A stretch of 64,000 nt of DNA from Pseudomonadota bacterium (GTDB lineage Bacteria; Pseudomonadota; Gammaproteobacteria; Thiotrichales; Thiotrichaceae): assembly GCA_002747435.1 (NCBI GenBank), contig PDPH01000052.1, forward strand, positions 4,416 to 68,415, given 5' to 3'. The notes beneath the pieces are model-generated. The model saw only the letters and a list, made by a program, of their open reading frames with translations. It ran no database searches and was not told the DNA's origin. Shown here piece after piece: positions 59,681 to 64,000 of the stretch. Position 1 is the first letter of the stretch; the number at the start of each line of letters is the position of its first letter. A program made the position numbers and the translations under genes.

Positions 59681-60073
59681 TTACTTCAGCTTAATCGTTT
59701 TACGCGGACGACCCCGCTTACGCTTGTCTATCTGCGCTTCTTCCAGTTCAGCTTTTCCCCAGTTCACTAAGGTCTCATGCAGATGACCGGCCAGCTCACT
59801 CAGGCGAGCTTCTAAGGCTTGCTGATAGCTATACTCACGCTTACGCAATAAATCCAATTCAGCATTAAGCCGTGTTGTTTCATCTTCGTAACGTTGCTTC
59901 CATTGCTCCAACTCGGTTTTCAAGCCCTCAATTAACTGGGTGTACTCCCATTTTAAACGACGCTGCTCTTCCGCAGCTTGTTTACGTACTTCCGAAATAC
60001 TCGCAGAAGTTGCGCCTTTAGGACGCCCACGTCGTTTTGCTGTTTTACTGTTAATCAGCTTGCGTCCACTCAT
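59681..60073 (-). CDS. Coiled-coil protein flanked by two AT-hook motifs (candidate DNA-binding/nucleoid-associated protein)
   Basis: 130 aa from ATG 60073: KRRGRPKG near the N-terminus (nt 60020-60034), heptad-rich Glu/Lys/Leu central helices, and KRKRGRPRK at the C-terminus (RGRP at 59705-59716). The 235-aa track ORF adds a Cys/Leu-rich, non-protein-like N-terminus. The start is uncertain. Confidence 0.55.
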   Translation of the reverse strand: MSGRKLINSKTAKRRGRPKGATSASISEVRKQAAEEQRRLKWEYTQLIEGLKTELEQWKQRYEDETTRLNAELDLLRKREYSYQQALEARLSELAGHLHETLVNWGKAELEEAQIDKRKRGRPRKTIKLK

Positions 60074-60388
60074 AGTCTTAGACTGTTTCCCCGCATTATC
60101 ATAAAACGAGCTTATTTGCACAGCAGTTCCCACGCCGCCCCCTTGAAACTCAGGTTGATGATTATTTAACCAAACACTCGGGCAAATATTACACAATACC
60201 TTAGAGTTTGTAAAACTGATAAAATCGCTCTCCAAACATTTAGTCAATTTGACTTGCTGATAGCAGAGTGCTAGTGATCGGCTAAATGAGCAAGGGCATT
60301 CATTGTAGGCATGGAGAAGCATTGTTTGTATCCACAGAGTATGCGATGTTAACCACCTGAATAATAACGACAGGATAAACAGATTCAC

Positions 60389-62569
60389 ATGTTTATAAAG
60401 CAGTCAGCTCGCTGGCTTGTACTCGGACTCTCCTTTGCCCCAAGTGAATTAATAGCCGCAACAGACTGGGAAACTTGCTCACCGCAGACAGATAGCCCCC
60501 CACAAGCTGCGTTAAATGTTTTGCGCCCACCTGATCTGGATAAGAATGCCATTTATATCGAAGCGGATCAGGCTCTATTTCGAGAGCAAGGTTATTCAGA
60601 ACTGGTGGGAGGTGTTTATATCGCCCAACAAGATGCCCAGCTACAAGCACAGCAAGCACAATTTAACCGTACGAGCGGCGATATTATTGCTCAAGGTAAG
60701 GTCAAATTAACCACAGCCCAATTACAAGTCAACAGTGCCACTATTCACTACAATCTACAAAATGGTACAGGACGCATTAATGACCTTGTTTACTTGCTAT
60801 CTGACGCAGAAGGACGGGGTAGCAGTCGCCGTCTTATACAAGAAACACCACAACGTATTCATTTGGAAGATGCCAGTTATACGACCTGCCCTCCGACAAT
60901 TAATACCTGGCAGCTTCAGGCAGACAAGATCACACTGGATCGTGAAACAGATACAGGTACTGCCCGAAATGTCACCTTTGAAATAGCTGATACGCCAGTA
61001 TTTTACTTACCCTATTTTTCATTCCCGTTAAGCAAGCAACGTAAATCCGGCTTCCTCACACCTAGCATCGGTACTGATGAAAAAAGCGGTCTACGTCTCA
61101 GTTTGCCTTATTACTTTAACATAGCCCCTAATTATGACTTAACCGTCACAACCAACTTGCTGAGCAAGCGAGGCATACAAGCACAAAGTGAATTTCGCTA
61201 TCTGCAAGAAAAGCATAGTGGACGCATACAGTACGATATTCTACCTAGTGATCAAAACCTAGATAATAGCTTGCGTTATTATTTTGCCTTAAACCACTTC
61301 AGTCAGTTAGGCGATCACACGGCGCTGAGTTTAGAGGCTGAAGGTGTTTCTGATATAGACTACCTCAATGATTTAAGTAGCTCACTAGAAGCGAGTAGCA
61401 CAGTCAATTTGGAGCGTACCTTACGCTATACCCATCAAAATGATCCTTGGACTTTCACCGCTTTGGCACAAAGTTATCAGGTTCTGGATAAAGATTCCGA
61501 GACTTACGCACGTTTACCACAATTAAGTGCTAGTTGGAAAACACCGAGCGATGCTCATGATCTGAAACTCAGTGCACATGGTGAATACACTTACTTCTCC
61601 AATAGCCAAGCTGATAATGGACATCGCTTTGATATTCAAGCAGGCATTAGCCAACGTTTTGCCAATAGCTATGCTTATATTGAGCCTAGTCTAAAACTGC
61701 GCTCGACCCATTACGAACTGGAGCGCAATCAGAACACCTCGATTAGCCGTCATCTACCTACCGTTTCAATCGATACAGGATTATTCTTTGAGCGTGAGCT
61801 GCAACAGGGCAATACAGTGCAAACCTTGGAGCCACGTATTTACTACACTTTTACGCCTTACCGTAATCAAGCTGATATTCCGGTCTTTGACAGTGCAAAC
61901 TTAACGCCCAGCTACAGCCGTCTTTTTAGCGACAACCGTTTTGCTGGTGCTGATCGTATTGCGGATACTAATCGCTTGAGCACTTCGCTCACCACCCGTT
62001 TGCAAGATGTAAAGCAAGGACGAGAAATTCTGCGTGCCAGCATTGGACAAATGTATTATTTTGATGACTACAAAGTGACGCTGCCAGACGAAAGCATAGC
62101 CGCTGATGCGCGCTCCGAAATCGTATTGGAGTTAGCCGGTCAGCTCAATACTGCAACCCAAGTCAGCGGTACAGCGTTCTTAGATGCTCATGATGGCCGT
62201 TTACTGGCTAATCAAATGCGGCTTAATTACAAGGATAAAAAACAGCGAATCTTGAATCTAGGCTATGGTCATCACAAAAATGACTATGAAGCTGTACAGT
62301 TTTCCTTTGCTACACCCTTTAGGGATCACTGGACATTGCTAGGAACGTATGAACATGACCTAGAAAATAACCGCTTACTGGAAACATTGGCTGGGATAGA
62401 ATATCAAAGCTGTTGTTGGCGCGGTCGACTGGTCAACCGAAAATATTTATTGTCTGATAATAAGACTTATGATGATGCTATATTTGCTGAATTTGAACTA
62501 AAAGGTCTGGGCAACTTTGGCAGTAGTACACGCAATCTATTGGAAAATCGAATTTATGGTTATGAATAA
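60389..62569 (+). CDS. lptD: LPS-assembly outer-membrane protein LptD
   Basis: Signal peptide, an OstA N-terminal domain and a large beta-barrel, followed by surA-pdxA (conserved synteny). Confidence 0.93.
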   Translation: MFIKQSARWLVLGLSFAPSELIAATDWETCSPQTDSPPQAALNVLRPPDLDKNAIYIEADQALFREQGYSELVGGVYIAQQDAQLQAQQAQFNRTSGDIIAQGKVKLTTAQLQVNSATIHYNLQNGTGRINDLVYLLSDAEGRGSSRRLIQETPQRIHLEDASYTTCPPTINTWQLQADKITLDRETDTGTARNVTFEIADTPVFYLPYFSFPLSKQRKSGFLTPSIGTDEKSGLRLSLPYYFNIAPNYDLTVTTNLLSKRGIQAQSEFRYLQEKHSGRIQYDILPSDQNLDNSLRYYFALNHFSQLGDHTALSLEAEGVSDIDYLNDLSSSLEASSTVNLERTLRYTHQNDPWTFTALAQSYQVLDKDSETYARLPQLSASWKTPSDAHDLKLSAHGEYTYFSNSQADNGHRFDIQAGISQRFANSYAYIEPSLKLRSTHYELERNQNTSISRHLPTVSIDTGLFFERELQQGNTVQTLEPRIYYTFTPYRNQADIPVFDSANLTPSYSRLFSDNRFAGADRIADTNRLSTSLTTRLQDVKQGREILRASIGQMYYFDDYKVTLPDESIAADARSEIVLELAGQLNTATQVSGTAFLDAHDGRLLANQMRLNYKDKKQRILNLGYGHHKNDYEAVQFSFATPFRDHWTLLGTYEHDLENNRLLETLAGIEYQSCCWRGRLVNRKYLLSDNKTYDDAIFAEFELKGLGNFGSSTRNLLENRIYGYE

Positions 62570-63869
62570 AAGAAATGTTAGCCGTTTAGGATACTTATTA
62601 CTAGCTTGCTTAGTCATGAGCTTAAACCTCGCACGGGCTGAAACGCTGGATCGAATTGCCGCAGTGGTCAATAGCGATGTGGTACTCATGAGTGAAGTGC
62701 AACAGCGTATGCGCGTACTGCAAAGCAGCCGTAAGGACAAAGTAGCAGATGCCACGCTTTTGAAAGATGCAGTGGACGAATTAATCCTAGAACGCTTACA
62801 AACCCAATACGCTGAAGAACGCGGTGTGCGTGTGGATGATGCCACTCTAAATCGCGTCTTAGAAACCATCGCCGCCAATAACAAGATGAATCTAACCACC
62901 TTCCAAGCAGCTTTGCAAAGACAAGGCATTGATTTTATAGCCTTTCGTGAAAGCACGCGGCGCAAATTACTGATTGATGCCCTACGCAAGCAGCAAATTG
63001 CTCGCCAAGTAAATATTTCTGACCGTGAAATAGCCGATCTGGTAGCGACCCAAAGCGGTAAATTAACCGCAGGAGAACGTTATCACCTGCAACATATTCT
63101 GGTATCTGCCCCTAATGGCACGCCTATCCAACAAGTTAATGCAGCTCGTCATCGAGCCGAAGAATTACGCCGTCGCGTTGCGGGTGGTCAGGATTTCTCC
63201 CAAATAGCACGACAATTTTCTGATAATAATGCAGCACAACAGGGTGGCGATTTAGGCTGGCAAACAGCAGAAAAACTACCTGTTTCCTTTGTTAGAGTGC
63301 TGGCTCTGATGAAAACCGGGGAAATTTCCGAAGTTGTGCGGGATGCTAATGGCTTTCATATTCTCAAACTGCTCGACAGACAAGGTTCTAAGCGTCGTGG
63401 CATGGTAACAGAAGCCTTGGTACGCCATATTCTTATTAGCACGGAAAATCGCACTACCACAGAAGCACAGCAACGCATTAATAAGATTTATCAACAAATT
63501 CAAGCAGGTGCTGACTTTGGCGAGCTAGCCAGCCAATACTCCGATGACCCAGGTAGCCGTGCCAAAGGTGGTAGTTTGGGCTGGGTAAAACCCGGGAAAA
63601 TGGTCAAACAGTTTGCAGCCACTATGCAACATCAGACACCGGGCACGCTTAGCCAACCTTTCCAAACTCGCTATGGCTGGCATGTACTGGAAGTCATGGA
63701 TACACGCCAAACCGATCAAACCGAAGAGCAGTTGCGCATTAAAGCAGCTAACTTTTTAGGTGAGCGCAAAGAAGGAGAACAATACCGTGCTTGGTTACAA
63801 AGCTTGCGGAATGGTGCTTATATCGAGTATCGCATTCCAAACACAGGTAAACAGTTGCAATTAAATTAA
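62562..63869 (+). CDS. surA: Periplasmic chaperone/peptidyl-prolyl isomerase SurA
   Basis: Signal peptide (MNKRNVSRLGYLLLACLVMSLNLARA), a SurA N-domain and two parvulin domains (GGDLGW, GGSLGW). The start overlaps the lptD stop; ATG 62556 is an alternative. Confidence 0.92.
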   Translation: MNKRNVSRLGYLLLACLVMSLNLARAETLDRIAAVVNSDVVLMSEVQQRMRVLQSSRKDKVADATLLKDAVDELILERLQTQYAEERGVRVDDATLNRVLETIAANNKMNLTTFQAALQRQGIDFIAFRESTRRKLLIDALRKQQIARQVNISDREIADLVATQSGKLTAGERYHLQHILVSAPNGTPIQQVNAARHRAEELRRRVAGGQDFSQIARQFSDNNAAQQGGDLGWQTAEKLPVSFVRVLALMKTGEISEVVRDANGFHILKLLDRQGSKRRGMVTEALVRHILISTENRTTTEAQQRINKIYQQIQAGADFGELASQYSDDPGSRAKGGSLGWVKPGKMVKQFAATMQHQTPGTLSQPFQTRYGWHVLEVMDTRQTDQTEEQLRIKAANFLGERKEGEQYRAWLQSLRNGAYIEYRIPNTGKQLQLN

Positions 63870-63936
63870 TTGACAAGCCATTATTCGATTGAACAAACTG
63901 GCTGACGAGTTTTTAACACACATCATTAACGACGGC

Positions 63937-64000
63937 ATGACTCAACGTTTACGCATAGCCCTAAGCACGGGCGAACCTGCTGGTATAGGACCAGAGTTGG
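63937..64000 (+). CDS. pdxA: 4-hydroxythreonine-4-phosphate dehydrogenase, 5' fragment (runs off the window)
   Basis: MTQRLRIALSTGEPAGIGPEL matches the PdxA N-terminal TxGEPAGIGPE signature, and the position after surA fits. Confidence 0.8.
   Translation, partial: MTQRLRIALSTGEPAGIGPEL

Noticed and set aside
60074-60388. N-terminal 105 codons of the 235-aa ORF 59681-60388
   Set aside because: The Leu/Cys/Ser-rich sequence (MNLFILSLLFRWLTSHTLWIQT...) abuts the lptD start codon and would eliminate the lptD promoter region. Only the AT-hook/coiled-coil part from 60073 looks like a real protein.
62537-62989. 150-aa antisense ORF within surA
   Set aside because: It is a shadow frame of a conserved gene with Arg/Ser-rich composition.

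Overview
Chromosomal segment of a Gram-negative proteobacterium. Gene order looks beta- or gammaproteobacterial, and GC content looks like the mid-40s to about 50% by eye (not computed). I call about 60 protein-coding genes, and nearly all are core housekeeping. They include rpoS; an ECF sigma/DUF3619/DUF3106 operon; ypfJ; yhhQ plus a divergent tgt paralogue; panCB; pssA; leuA; UDG4-rimI; pcnB-folK; rnt; aceE-aceF-lpdA; aspS; rhlB; recD; leuS-lptE; fumA; argD-argF; xthA; a Pat-type lysine acetyltransferase divergent from an HDAC-family deacetylase; exbBD-msbA-lpxK-ycaR-kdsB; hemB; and lptD-surA-pdxA. I recognised no rRNA, tRNA or CRISPR array. Two accessory, defence-like patches stand out. (1) At the extreme left edge, a winged-helix/SWIM protein is tightly linked to a retron-type reverse transcriptase (NAxxH, YADD and VTG motifs). 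Its ncRNA and any further partners would lie outside the window. This is my best candidate for the poorly characterised system. (2) A ~2.6 kb islet sits between an EamA transporter gene and a Cys-phosphatase gene. It holds an IS5-family transposase remnant, a solitary DUF262/DUF1524 (GmrSD-like) nuclease with an unassigned C-terminal domain, a relic coupled mini-ORF and twin TGAAAC-N2-GTTTCA palindromes. Lesser second-look items are a coiled-coil protein with two HMGA-like AT-hooks next to lptD, a consensus promoter running straight into an intrinsic terminator upstream of argD, a possible Leu-rich leader ORF before leuA, the yhhQ/non-canonical tgt pair, and the Pat/HDAC divergent pair. All calls rest on reading the translated ORFs and the DNA by eye. 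No database search was run.
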